64,000 bases of DNA from a virus (taxonomy: Duplodnaviria; Caudoviricetes), in IMG/VR virus record IMGVR_UViG_2974508059_000001, positions 64,001-128,000 of that record, one strand, 5' to 3'. Made by a program: the position numbers and the translations under genes. Below, in pieces: positions 54,268 to 63,832 of the stretch; the stretch's first letter is position 1; each line of letters begins with the position of its first letter. The notes beneath the pieces are model-generated. The model worked only from the letters and a program-made list of their open reading frames with translations. It had not been told where the DNA came from and searched no databases.

Positions 54268-55436
54268 AACCACGCAAGACCCGTAAGAACCGTGCTCAAA
54301 TAACGTTCCGTGAAGACGGGGGAACTACTTACTACTCCCCGAACTGCAAACCCCTGAAGCACACTAAGGAACAAATTGATACCCTGGCGAAAATAGTCTT
54401 GCAACGTCCCGCCAGCATTTGGTACGGCTTGCGTGCGATACAAGGGCACAACAACCGACCGGACTATCCGTATCATGCTTTACGGGCAATGTCGGAGAAA
54501 GAATGGAACTTCCATTGGCAATGGAAAGCCTTATCGCGCGCCGCACATGTTGACCAAGTGGAACAGTGTGCTCTTCGTGACGAAGTTAACCCACTGGACT
54601 GGTCTTGGCAGCCTGAGTTCCTGCAAAACTTGGATTACCTCACCCGCAAGGCGTCGCTGACCGATTACCTAATTGGCTTCGACCCGGGCCGTCCTGAAGG
54701 TTCAGCGATGGCGATGGTGGTCAAAGGTCGTCAGCCGGGGCTGTTCTCCGCAGACGCTATTCGTACTGGTAAATCGGACTGGCAGTTACACGCTGCAATA
54801 GCGCAAGGGCCAGATGCGGTGAAGGAACTTATCGCACAGCGCCTTGCTAAGCTGCCTGACACGGAGATGCCTCTCAACCGTGAACGTTGGGCGGGACTGA
54901 TAGATGAGAACCAGCCCGTGGCAAAGGCATCGCGGATGCCACTACCAGCAGGCAGACTCAAGATGTCGCGTGAGTTTGTCGTCTCAGAGAACAGCCTCGA
55001 GCGCGGGGGTTTTGAACACACGGTGGGCGGCAACAAACCTATCGGTGTTCACCTCAAGCAGTCCGTGCCGGTCCTGAATAATCCTGAACTCGTAGGGGTT
55101 GACCCTTATTCCCCAGACTTAACGACTGAGCAGAAAGCGGCCATCGTTGCAGAAGCCAAAATTAACTCAGCTTACTTCTTCAGTATTCTAAGAAACCCAG
55201 CACCAGACGGGAGCAGAACCACGCCGTTCACGGACGTTGAGAAGCAAGAGATTCAACTGCATTACGAGTATCACCACCCCTACCACAACCTCGATGTCTC
55301 CACGAAGTATTACTTCCCGGTCATTCCATCGGATGAAGTGTTTGCATTTCCGGGTCGCGGCATGACGCCGTTCACGCCACAGCATGACCCTGACCATCTG
55401 AATCTGCCACTGGGTTCTAAACTCGAAGACGAATAA
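54261..55436 (+). CDS. Hypothetical protein carrying terminase-large-subunit-like segments
   Basis: AAGGAG RBS; LNNPELVGVDPYSPDLTTEQK..I..E...N..YFF..R.P; YLIGFDPG; KGRQPG. Confidence 0.6.
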   Translation: MLKPRKTRKNRAQITFREDGGTTYYSPNCKPLKHTKEQIDTLAKIVLQRPASIWYGLRAIQGHNNRPDYPYHALRAMSEKEWNFHWQWKALSRAAHVDQVEQCALRDEVNPLDWSWQPEFLQNLDYLTRKASLTDYLIGFDPGRPEGSAMAMVVKGRQPGLFSADAIRTGKSDWQLHAAIAQGPDAVKELIAQRLAKLPDTEMPLNRERWAGLIDENQPVAKASRMPLPAGRLKMSREFVVSENSLERGGFEHTVGGNKPIGVHLKQSVPVLNNPELVGVDPYSPDLTTEQKAAIVAEAKINSAYFFSILRNPAPDGSRTTPFTDVEKQEIQLHYEYHHPYHNLDVSTKYYFPVIPSDEVFAFPGRGMTPFTPQHDPDHLNLPLGSKLEDE

Positions 55437-55445
55437 AAAAGAAGC

Positions 55446-55477
55446 GGTAGCCTTAGGGCTACCCTCTTTTATTTTTT
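55446..55477 (+). terminator. Rho-independent terminator
   Basis: ggtagcc-ttag-ggctacc followed by a T-rich tail. Confidence 0.8.
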
Positions 55478-55636
55478 GGCCCTAAATCAAATACGTTCAG
55501 CCGCCCTACTTTCTTTTTTTATTTCTGGTGAGGCCCCGTGTCAACCCGGTAATGGTTTACGCACACCCCTGTATATTTTTTTGCCTATGGCGAGAGTGCC
55601 ACCTACACCACACCAATGTAAAATGAGGACATCCCC

Positions 55637-57535
55637 ATGGCTGGACAATCTGTCCCTGCTCCAAAAGCGCTTGATTTAACCGCGTCCATTGTGGGCGGAA
55701 CCGTTCTCTTAAACAAAGATGGCTTTATCTACGAAATGCCACTGTCTGCCCTGTTGCAGAAATTCGATTTAGCAGCGGAAGATGGCCTGGGCCAAATTGG
55801 CCGTTGTGCAACCGTTGCCAACCTGCGCAAAATGGAACCCAAGACACCGGGTCAGCGCATTGACATTGCTGAATACGCACCGGGCAGCAAAAACGGTGGC
55901 GGTTACTTCTTCTACGATGCAGATGACAAAACGTCAAAAGACGATGGTGGCTTCTGTATCGTTACCCCAAAAGGCGCTCGTTGGAAGCGCGACATCGGAC
56001 ACATCGGTGCACTGAACGTCACCCACTTCGGGGCTATCCCGGATGGTAAGACTGACTGTATCGATGCCGTTAACAAGATGTGGGCGTTCTCCAAAGCAAA
56101 CTTGATTCAGTTGGGTATTCAGTTCCCGTCTGGCAAGTTCTTCCTGTCTAAGTTCGCACAGGCCAGTGAAGTGGGTTACTTCCGTGTTGTTGGCTTTAAC
56201 AGCACCAACGCGTTTGGTTACTTCAACACCACGACCATCTATTCCGATGACCAAGATGAGTTCGTGTTTGATGTGAATGCGCGCCGGACTGAAATCAGCG
56301 GAATCGAATTCAACGGTCAAATCGATTTGGGTAACAAGCAGTACCGTTGCTCGAAGAAAGGTTTCTTCCGTAACGTCGATCCGGGCGGCCAGTATATCCG
56401 TGTCTCGAACTTCATGAGCTCATGGGTTGGCGGCACAAGCTTTGACATGCTGGACAACCTCGACACCAAGTTCGATCAGTTCTACGCCTCTCGGTGTACG
56501 GGTACCGTCCTGAAAGGGCGTCCGTCGTTCCGTGATGCAGGCGGTTGGAACCACCTGACTGCTATCGAGCTGACCAACTTCAACATGCAGTATTGTACTG
56601 GCAACCTCGTGTTCGACCTGCCACGCGCAACCCAGTCCCTGATTCGTAACGGCTGGATTGAACACTGTGAGTTCCCGGGTAACCTGTCTGATGGCCAGTG
56701 GCAGATTGACTCGTTCTCCATGGAAGACTGTGACAACCCAATGCAGGTGCAGAATGCCCGCTTGGTGCGTTTCGCAACCAACCTGCAAGGCAAGTCTAAC
56801 TGGGATGCCAACAGCGGTGAAAGCGGCTGGAAGGAAATCTCTGCCTACGAGTACGGCATGACGGACATCCACAACCACGGTATCAAAACCGACGGTTCGG
56901 TGCAGGCCGGTTACTACGGCTCACTGGTGAAGATGGACAACAACACCGGTGCTGCGCAGTGGTTCCATGCCTGCTGGGTGAAACCGGTTTCCATTGGTGA
57001 CACTATCCAACTGCGGATGTTTGGTACACAGGCGTACAGCGGGAACAAAATTGATAACGATGTTATCAGTGGCGGCCGCCAGTCCGGTGGCTATGCAGAC
57101 GTGTTCATCAAAGTCCTGCAAGACTCGTCTCTGGCGATTCAGTGGGACGGGGTTGGTAGTTGTCCGATTCTGGATGTGCGTTCTGACAACAGCAAAGGTT
57201 CAACCAACATCTACGTGAAAGTGGCGGCATGGTCACGTAACGTCGGTGTGGAGTGCTACACCACCAGTAAGACCCGTTTCGAAGCGGGTATCCGTTTCCA
57301 GATTCAGCGCAAAGGCGTGAAGGTCGACGAAGCGGCAATTACCGGTGACGCATTCCCGACTGTCCCAACGGGCATGACCCTCGGTACCAAAAACGGCATC
57401 GGTTGGAACGGTCAGGGCGACCTGCTGATGAAGTTCGAACTGCAGAACGGGTATCTGCCTGTGAAGATTCAGTCTCCGTCTTCCGGTAAGATTACCCAAG
57501 GTTACATCAAGGTAGAGACCTCTTTACCTAAGTAA
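55637..57535 (+). CDS. Tailspike-fold / EPS-modifying protein, AmsF/WceF-like beta-helix
   Basis: G...IGRC..V..LR..EP...GQ.I, GGG.F.YD..D....DDGG..IVT..GARWKR, LNVTHFGA.PDGKTD, FPSGKF, W.H.TAIEL.NFN.Q. Confidence 0.7.
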   Translation: MAGQSVPAPKALDLTASIVGGTVLLNKDGFIYEMPLSALLQKFDLAAEDGLGQIGRCATVANLRKMEPKTPGQRIDIAEYAPGSKNGGGYFFYDADDKTSKDDGGFCIVTPKGARWKRDIGHIGALNVTHFGAIPDGKTDCIDAVNKMWAFSKANLIQLGIQFPSGKFFLSKFAQASEVGYFRVVGFNSTNAFGYFNTTTIYSDDQDEFVFDVNARRTEISGIEFNGQIDLGNKQYRCSKKGFFRNVDPGGQYIRVSNFMSSWVGGTSFDMLDNLDTKFDQFYASRCTGTVLKGRPSFRDAGGWNHLTAIELTNFNMQYCTGNLVFDLPRATQSLIRNGWIEHCEFPGNLSDGQWQIDSFSMEDCDNPMQVQNARLVRFATNLQGKSNWDANSGESGWKEISAYEYGMTDIHNHGIKTDGSVQAGYYGSLVKMDNNTGAAQWFHACWVKPVSIGDTIQLRMFGTQAYSGNKIDNDVISGGRQSGGYADVFIKVLQDSSLAIQWDGVGSCPILDVRSDNSKGSTNIYVKVAAWSRNVGVECYTTSKTRFEAGIRFQIQRKGVKVDEAAITGDAFPTVPTGMTLGTKNGIGWNGQGDLLMKFELQNGYLPVKIQSPSSGKITQGYIKVETSLPK

Positions 57536-57539
57536 TCTG

Positions 57540-57574
57540 GTGAGACCCCTTCGGGGGTCTCACTTTTCTTTTTT
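57540..57574 (+). terminator. Rho-independent terminator
   Basis: gtgagacccc-TTCG-ggggtctcac followed by a T-run. Confidence 0.9.
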
Positions 57575-57576
57575 GT

Positions 57577-57601
57577 CTCTACGTTATCTTTCTGTTATAT
57601 G
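57577..57601 (+). promoter_or_regulatory. Putative middle/late promoter, class II
   Basis: ctctac-N15-tatg upstream of the tail gene array. Confidence 0.4.
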
Positions 57602-57695
57602 TCAAAGTATCAGTAGGGGCTTACCGATTTATTATGCTGGCAGGAGGGTTACGGCAGACGCTGTAGCCTTTGGAAACCTTAACCGAGTTAACGCG

Positions 57696-58496
57696 ATGTC
57701 TATTACCTCCAAAGAGAATCTGCTAAAACTCATCAACGAAGAATGTCAGATTAGCCCTGCGCTAACTTTCAACGACGTTGATATTTCTCTGCCGGAAGTG
57801 GTGTCCGTCGACGGTCGCGATTCGAGTGTGGTGTTAACGTCCAAGATAAAAGATGATGAGGGGTCTCAGGTTGAGGTCTTTTACCATCGCCGTCCCTTAC
57901 CGGACTATATCAAAAACAACAACACTTTTGGTGACGAAGATATTGCGTCTGCGCATGACATTCTCACTGCGATTAATGATCGTTTCGGCCTCAACATTCT
58001 TCCTGACGATGTGGAAGATACGCCGCGCTCCGGCAATGCAATAACGTTGACAGCAGAACCTCTCTCCCACGAGTGGCGAGGTGATGTTGTCATTCAACTT
58101 AAACCGGCGGTTCAACTGAACTCCGTGTTGACCAACACGCAACTGGATGGCTTGCAATACCCAGACCATCAGGATGCGTTAACCGTGGGCCAAGCCTACA
58201 TCTATTCTCGTGACACCGATTTTAGTCACATCAAGAAATTCCTTAACACCCTTGCGGTTGGGCTGGATTTAGATGACACCGCGATGGCAGAGCAGGTTAA
58301 CAAATGTGTGCCAGAACTGTGGGTGTCAGAAGATGCTCCAGCGGCGTACAACTTCCGTGATGCCACTGTGGTGTTTGTCGGTGAACCAAAAGACCGTGTT
58401 GGGGCGAACACCGCCTTTACCAACGTGGTATCGATTGCGCTCTCTGACAAGTGTACGAACTTCCAAGGCGTCCTTAACTTACACTTTAACAACTAG
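57696..58496 (+). CDS. Tail fibre/baseplate paralog 1
   Basis: LL.LIN, Y.R..L, IN.RFGL, TQLDGLQYP, GQAYIYS, C.NFQG.L.LHFN. Confidence 0.75.
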   Translation: MSITSKENLLKLINEECQISPALTFNDVDISLPEVVSVDGRDSSVVLTSKIKDDEGSQVEVFYHRRPLPDYIKNNNTFGDEDIASAHDILTAINDRFGLNILPDDVEDTPRSGNAITLTAEPLSHEWRGDVVIQLKPAVQLNSVLTNTQLDGLQYPDHQDALTVGQAYIYSRDTDFSHIKKFLNTLAVGLDLDDTAMAEQVNKCVPELWVSEDAPAAYNFRDATVVFVGEPKDRVGANTAFTNVVSIALSDKCTNFQGVLNLHFNN

Positions 58497-58506
58497 GAGG
58501 GTCTAG

Positions 58507-59340
58507 GTGTCTATTTACGATAAACCCTCGAAAGGGATGTTGTTAGAGGCCATCAACGTTCAGAACGGGACATCGTTAACGTGGAATCAGATTGCTGCGG
58601 GCTTCCCGGAGAAAATCAGTACCCCGTTAGCGCCCCGCGATACCCGTGTCTTAATCTACGGGTTGAACGGTGGTGGGTACAAGGGCAACGTCACCATTGA
58701 ATACAACCGCATTGACTTTGCGGTGCTGTTCCGTAATGTGATTCCGGTTGTCGTCACGAACCCCGTTGCGAAGCTCTCTGACCTGCTGCCTTTCTTAAAT
58801 AAGAAATACGGCCTGTCGTTAACCGCCGATGATATCGTTGACCGGTCTGTGGCGGATTTAGGAGAGAGCTGGATTCTGCCGGTGCAGATAAAGTCGGGTA
58901 ACCTTGCATGGCAAACCGATTTCAATCTGCGCTTTGCAAAGTTCTTCCCGAACCTGAAAGACGTTGTGACCGACGTGGACTTGACTGCCATCGTTGCCCC
59001 GTTTGAAGCCGGGCTTAAGCCCCATGCGGAATACGTGGCCTACGGCTATGACTACACCGAGATTGCCAGCACCTTTAATAATGATTGGACAACCAATCGG
59101 GTGCTGACACAGGCGGATGTGGATGTGCTGAATGGCGTGGTACCGTTGAAGTTTGCGTTGGTAACGGGTGCGAATGCACAGGCGGGTCAAATCGCCTTAG
59201 CCGGTGCCCGGTTAGCAGGCTCAGTGGGGATTACGCCCAACGACCGTTACGACCAAGGTTACTCGCGGGCGTTCTTGATTACCTTGGCCGCCGACAGTAA
59301 CTACACCGGTCAGTTAATCCTCCACTACACACCGAAGTAG
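58507..59340 (+). CDS. Tail fibre/baseplate paralog 2
   Basis: LL.AIN..N, YNRIDF..LF, LN.KYGL, G.LILHY. Confidence 0.75.
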   Translation: MSIYDKPSKGMLLEAINVQNGTSLTWNQIAAGFPEKISTPLAPRDTRVLIYGLNGGGYKGNVTIEYNRIDFAVLFRNVIPVVVTNPVAKLSDLLPFLNKKYGLSLTADDIVDRSVADLGESWILPVQIKSGNLAWQTDFNLRFAKFFPNLKDVVTDVDLTAIVAPFEAGLKPHAEYVAYGYDYTEIASTFNNDWTTNRVLTQADVDVLNGVVPLKFALVTGANAQAGQIALAGARLAGSVGITPNDRYDQGYSRAFLITLAADSNYTGQLILHYTPK

Positions 59341-59348
59341 GAACTATT

Positions 59349-60194
59349 ATGCCACTGTTAGCGACCGCTGAAGAGATTATCTTAGCCGAGCTGAACACCG
59401 AGAACCACCTCGACTTAAAAGTCGCTGACGTGCTTTACGGTGAGCCTCAGATTCCGACTTCGGCTGAGGACTTGGCACTCGCCAACGGGCACAACTCGAT
59501 GGTGCGTATCCAAGCGCTCGCCACTGCCAATGCGGTGGGTGCCACCACGGTGTTTTACGACCGTGTAGACTTTGGGGTCATGTTCACCGACCTTGATGGA
59601 CTACAGCCGTTGCGTGTCCCTGCTCGTCTGGACAGTGTCTTTACTTCTCACGATATCGTGAGTTTGATTAACCAGTATTACGGACTGCGTCTACGGCCCA
59701 CCGATGTGGAGATGACCTACATCGACCGCACGAACTGGACGGTACAGCTCACGGCCACCAATACCTCCTTAGGGTGGATTGGTACGCAAGAGGTACAGCT
59801 CCTGCCGGGTGATGCGTTACTGCCGGGTAACTTCGATGCTAAAGAAGTGGAACCGTTTTCGTATCCGTATTTCAACACCAGAGTCGGTCAGGGGGCGGTC
59901 TACTCCTATCCTTGGCGTTTTGATGATTACGCAGCCGAGTTTAAAGCCGGGGGACTCAACCTCACCCAAGCGCGACTCGCTGCTATTCTGAAAACGGTGA
60001 CTGGCGACAGTTGGTTAGTCTACCGCAGCCCGATAAACTACAACCTCAAAGAGGCCACGGTGGTTTATAACGGAAAGAACAGCGCAGACTTACCGACCAA
60101 TCCGTCAGTTGATAACGTCTTGGTTATCGAACTGTCTTTGTATTGCCTCAACCTTGGCGGACGTTTGTATCTCCACTACAACGACCCTGACTAA
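59349..60194 (+). CDS. Tail fibre/baseplate paralog 3
   Basis: YDRVDF, IN.YYGL, GQG.VYSY, C.NLGG.LYLHYN. Confidence 0.75.
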   Translation: MPLLATAEEIILAELNTENHLDLKVADVLYGEPQIPTSAEDLALANGHNSMVRIQALATANAVGATTVFYDRVDFGVMFTDLDGLQPLRVPARLDSVFTSHDIVSLINQYYGLRLRPTDVEMTYIDRTNWTVQLTATNTSLGWIGTQEVQLLPGDALLPGNFDAKEVEPFSYPYFNTRVGQGAVYSYPWRFDDYAAEFKAGGLNLTQARLAAILKTVTGDSWLVYRSPINYNLKEATVVYNGKNSADLPTNPSVDNVLVIELSLYCLNLGGRLYLHYNDPD

Positions 60195-60214
60195 TCCCGA
60201 TAAAGGAAGTTAGA

Positions 60215-61141
60215 ATGAAACCTTTAAACAAAACCTCCGACCTCTTGGTTCTGGACTTCATTAACGAAAAGAACGTCGATGCGGATTTGGAACTCTCCAA
60301 AGTCCTGCTGGGGACCCCAGTGGTCAACGACGGCGATGACTCAGCTGACCGTAACACCAAAATGGTGGTAACGGCACGTAAGAACTCTGGTCTGGTCGGT
60401 ACGCAGGGCGTGACCTATTCCCGTCTGGCCGGCGAAGCGCTGTTCCGTAACGTGACCGCGTACATCGATGTGAAAACACCGAAGACCACCGCTGACCTGC
60501 TGGATAAGCTGAATGCCCAATACGGCCTGAAGCTGACCGTGGACGACATCGTGCCAGCGAACATCCCGGACAACACCAACCCACCGGTGACTGACCCGGA
60601 TGCACCAGACCCAGCGCCGGTTGATCACACCCTGACCTTCAAAGATGACTGCTACGCGTTCCTTGGCACCATCCCACTGAAAATCGGTGCGAAGCCACAG
60701 GTCGGTGAGCGTCTGTCTCTGGTTATCACCCAAACCCAGCTCGACGGTCTGCAGTATCCGGATGAGAAGTCTGATACCAAAGGTCAGGCGTACATCTACT
60801 CGTACGGTATCGACGCTACCCCAATTGCGGCCTTCCTGAAAGCGCAAGCAGTGGCGACACTGGCTGATGACTCTGCGTTCGCGACCGAGCTGAACAAAGT
60901 GGTGCCTGAGCTGTGGGTTGATAAAGAGACCGCAGAAGACTACAACCTGCACAGTGCGGCAGTGACCTACAACGGCCCAACCGTTAACCAAGTGCCTGAT
61001 CCAAACAGCACCACGGGTGGCACGATTGACCAACCGGTCGAAGGTGCGAACACGGACTTCAACAGCATCCTGAAACTGGAACTGTCTGATACCCTGTGCT
61101 CTAACTTCCAAGGTGAGCTGTTCCTGCACTATAACGCCTAA
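60215..61141 (+). CDS. Tail fibre/baseplate paralog 4 (likely the most abundant)
   Basis: Closest to paralog 1; biased codons; own terminator. Confidence 0.75.
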   Translation: MKPLNKTSDLLVLDFINEKNVDADLELSKVLLGTPVVNDGDDSADRNTKMVVTARKNSGLVGTQGVTYSRLAGEALFRNVTAYIDVKTPKTTADLLDKLNAQYGLKLTVDDIVPANIPDNTNPPVTDPDAPDPAPVDHTLTFKDDCYAFLGTIPLKIGAKPQVGERLSLVITQTQLDGLQYPDEKSDTKGQAYIYSYGIDATPIAAFLKAQAVATLADDSAFATELNKVVPELWVDKETAEDYNLHSAAVTYNGPTVNQVPDPNSTTGGTIDQPVEGANTDFNSILKLELSDTLCSNFQGELFLHYNA

Positions 61142-61151
61142 TAGGTGTCTG

Positions 61152-61194
61152 ACTAGGGGGAGGGATTCCTCCTCCTAGTTTACCCTTCTTTTTT
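61152..61194 (+). terminator. Rho-independent terminator
   Basis: actagggggagg-gatt-cctcctcctagt followed by a T-rich tail. Confidence 0.75.
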
Positions 61195-61215
61195 AGACCT
61201 GCCGAGGAGGCTATT

Positions 61216-62052
61216 ATGGCGTTATATAGTCTGTCTCAGCGACAGTATTTGTACAACGCGATTAACGCGGAGAGTCCCGGCGCGATTGCACCGATGGGGC
61301 TGGACAATGCCTTGATTGGCACACCGAAGGCGATTCCAGCAACGGCCAGTGGTGCCAATACCGAGATTACCGTACGCGGTCGTCAAGGTCGTGGCTACGT
61401 TGGGGCACAAACCTTCCGCTATAAACGTCTGTCGCTGAACGACTTGTTCAAAAACATGACCCCGACGATCAACGCACCCGATGCGTACGGTCCCCTGTAC
61501 ACCGATGCGAAGAAACTCGCGTTCGCACAGAACCTCAATGGTCGTTACGGGCTGAATCTGGTGAAGGAAGACATTCCTGACCAGTACGTGTATTTGAACG
61601 TCAGCAACACCTTACAGGTAAAAGCAACCTGTATCCAGTACACCGGTTCGATTACGTTCATGTCCATCAAAGGCAAGAACAATCTCGAGGACTTGGTGGT
61701 TAACGACATTCTGGATGAACTGCACCACCCGTCCGATGTCAGTCTTGGGAAACTGTCAGCGTCGCTGCTCAGCTACGGCCACGACTTTACCAATGAACCG
61801 CAGGTGATGATGAACATGACCAACGGTCGACTCGACGTTGGGGTGAACGACACCTCGGGGGCCACGGCGAATCTGATGGCGGTGCTGGTAAATCACGGAT
61901 TGCCGGCGTTTGACACCACCGGGGCCTCCATCAAGCGTATGTTACCGACCGCGGATAAGCGGGGTAACACGATGTACGATAACCTGCTGGTGATAACCGG
62001 CGTGAATGACATCCATGTTGACGGCGACTGGCTGCTGCATTACAACAATTAG
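61216..62052 (+). CDS. Tail fibre/baseplate paralog 5
   Basis: AIN, NTEI, GY.G..T..YKRL.L..LF, LN.RYGL, LLHYN. Confidence 0.75.
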   Translation: MALYSLSQRQYLYNAINAESPGAIAPMGLDNALIGTPKAIPATASGANTEITVRGRQGRGYVGAQTFRYKRLSLNDLFKNMTPTINAPDAYGPLYTDAKKLAFAQNLNGRYGLNLVKEDIPDQYVYLNVSNTLQVKATCIQYTGSITFMSIKGKNNLEDLVVNDILDELHHPSDVSLGKLSASLLSYGHDFTNEPQVMMNMTNGRLDVGVNDTSGATANLMAVLVNHGLPAFDTTGASIKRMLPTADKRGNTMYDNLLVITGVNDIHVDGDWLLHYNN

Positions 62053-62063
62053 GAATAACGCGA

Positions 62064-62951
62064 ATGGCAATCTATCAAGATTCAGCGACGGTGCTATTGG
62101 CAGCAATCAACAGCGCCAACTCGCTCACCATCAAAGCCACGGACTTTGTCTACAGTGCCCCGAAAGATATTCGTGGAACGGATAAAGGCGACAGTACGGG
62201 CAAAAACACCCAGATTAAAATCACCGCGGACGGTGTGGCTGGGTCAGCATGGTCTGGTAAGAAAAGTGTCTGCTATAACCGCCTGCGGATTGAAGACATC
62301 GCGGTGCTGTTGGGTAACACCTTAGCCATTGGGCCGAGCAACGACACCCTGTTTGCCGCCTTGGTGGGTTTAAACCAGCGCTACGGGTTTGTGTTTGCAC
62401 AGTCAGATTTGGTCGATGCACAAATCGAGTGGAACTCGGAGAAGACCAGCGGGAAAGTGCTGGTAAGGGCGAACGCATCTTCCATCGGCTGGATTGGTCA
62501 ATACCAGTTCAACGTGGTGAAAGGTGATGAGACCTTGGTGTCCTCGGTAACGACGACGGTACTGACCGGTCTGAAGTACCCGAACGGCCAGATGGGCTCC
62601 GAGTCGGTTACGGCGACGATGGCTCAAGTCTACTCTTACCCGTTCAACTTCTCAGCGTATCGCGACCAGTTGTTAGCCTTCCAGAAAGGCGTGTTGACCG
62701 GTACACCGCTGACCGACATGACCAACATCCTGAAAGCCATCACAGGCAACCCATGGGTGGCAACCAGCGCTTCCGCTTGGGGTCTGGCTGGGGCAGAAGT
62801 GCTCAGCACCGGTCTGAACGATGCGGTTACTCTGCCGACCAACAGCAAGTACAAATACGTGCTGGCGCTCAAACTCCCTGCCACGACGACGCACATTGCC
62901 GGTACGATGTATCTGCAGTTCAACGACGTGGACGACCCGAACGAGGTGTAA
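62064..62951 (+). CDS. Tail fibre/baseplate paralog 6
   Basis: LL.AIN..N, NT.I, YNRL, LN.RYG, GLKYP, AQVYSY, G..YLQFN. Confidence 0.75.
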   Translation: MAIYQDSATVLLAAINSANSLTIKATDFVYSAPKDIRGTDKGDSTGKNTQIKITADGVAGSAWSGKKSVCYNRLRIEDIAVLLGNTLAIGPSNDTLFAALVGLNQRYGFVFAQSDLVDAQIEWNSEKTSGKVLVRANASSIGWIGQYQFNVVKGDETLVSSVTTTVLTGLKYPNGQMGSESVTATMAQVYSYPFNFSAYRDQLLAFQKGVLTGTPLTDMTNILKAITGNPWVATSASAWGLAGAEVLSTGLNDAVTLPTNSKYKYVLALKLPATTTHIAGTMYLQFNDVDDPNEV

Positions 62952-62954
62952 TCA

Positions 62955-63782
62955 ATGCTCAACTACGCGAAACCGTCGAACGAACTGGTGTTCGACCTTA
63001 TTAACCGCGACAACCCGGGGCTGCCGATTAAGGCATCCGTCGATAACTGCATTGTTGAGAAACTCACCACGGTCACCGCTAACGCTGCGAACAACTTCCG
63101 TAACACGAAGGCGCGTCTGCGGGGTGTGCAGGGGTCTGGGTTCCGTGACCAAATCACCGTGTACTACGACCGTGTTGATATCGGTCGGCTGTTACCGTGG
63201 TCGAACTCCACCTACGCCCAGTTTGTTACCTTCACGGCACCGAACATCCACAACGCCCTGTCGGTTATCTTCGACATGTACGGCATTAACTTCGGTACCA
63301 TGGACTTGGTTAACAACAGCATGGGTGGGGTGTCAACGCCGAGTTACAACGCCAACGTTTACTTCCAGACGTTGCCTAACTCCCCGGCGTATATCGGCAC
63401 CGTGCTGATGCGTTTCAGTCGCGGTTTACCGGTGTTGGATACCTCGGTAACAGTGGAGGTGATTCCTGCGCTGTCACAACCGGTTGACCCCGCGTTGAAT
63501 AAGAAGTGCGTGGATATGCTGACGTACGGTATCGACTTCACAGCGTATAAAAACCTGTTGACGGTCGATTCCTCAGGTCTGCCACAGTGGGGTGGCTTAC
63601 GTGCCATTCTGGACTCACTGGGTATCCCGGCGTACAGTGCGCCGGTGTCCAGTAACTTGGTGCAGGATGTCCCGACCAGCAGTGCGCAGTTTGCCAACAA
63701 GGACTACGACCGTGTGGTCATCCAAACCGGCATTGACGAAGCCGGTATAAAGGGTAACGCCTACTATCACTACAATAGTTAA
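62955..63782 (+). CDS. Tail fibre/baseplate paralog 7
   Basis: LINRDNP, RNT, YDRVD, TYGIDF, G.AYYHYN. Confidence 0.75.
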   Translation: MLNYAKPSNELVFDLINRDNPGLPIKASVDNCIVEKLTTVTANAANNFRNTKARLRGVQGSGFRDQITVYYDRVDIGRLLPWSNSTYAQFVTFTAPNIHNALSVIFDMYGINFGTMDLVNNSMGGVSTPSYNANVYFQTLPNSPAYIGTVLMRFSRGLPVLDTSVTVEVIPALSQPVDPALNKKCVDMLTYGIDFTAYKNLLTVDSSGLPQWGGLRAILDSLGIPAYSAPVSSNLVQDVPTSSAQFANKDYDRVVIQTGIDEAGIKGNAYYHYNS

Positions 63783-63785
63783 CAC

Positions 63786-63812
63786 AAGGCCCTTCGGGGC
63801 CTTTTCTTTTTT
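63786..63812 (+). terminator. Rho-independent terminator
   Basis: aaggccc-TTCG-gggcctt followed by a T-run. Confidence 0.85.
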
Positions 63813-63832
63813 GATGGCGGGTAGGAGCCGAT

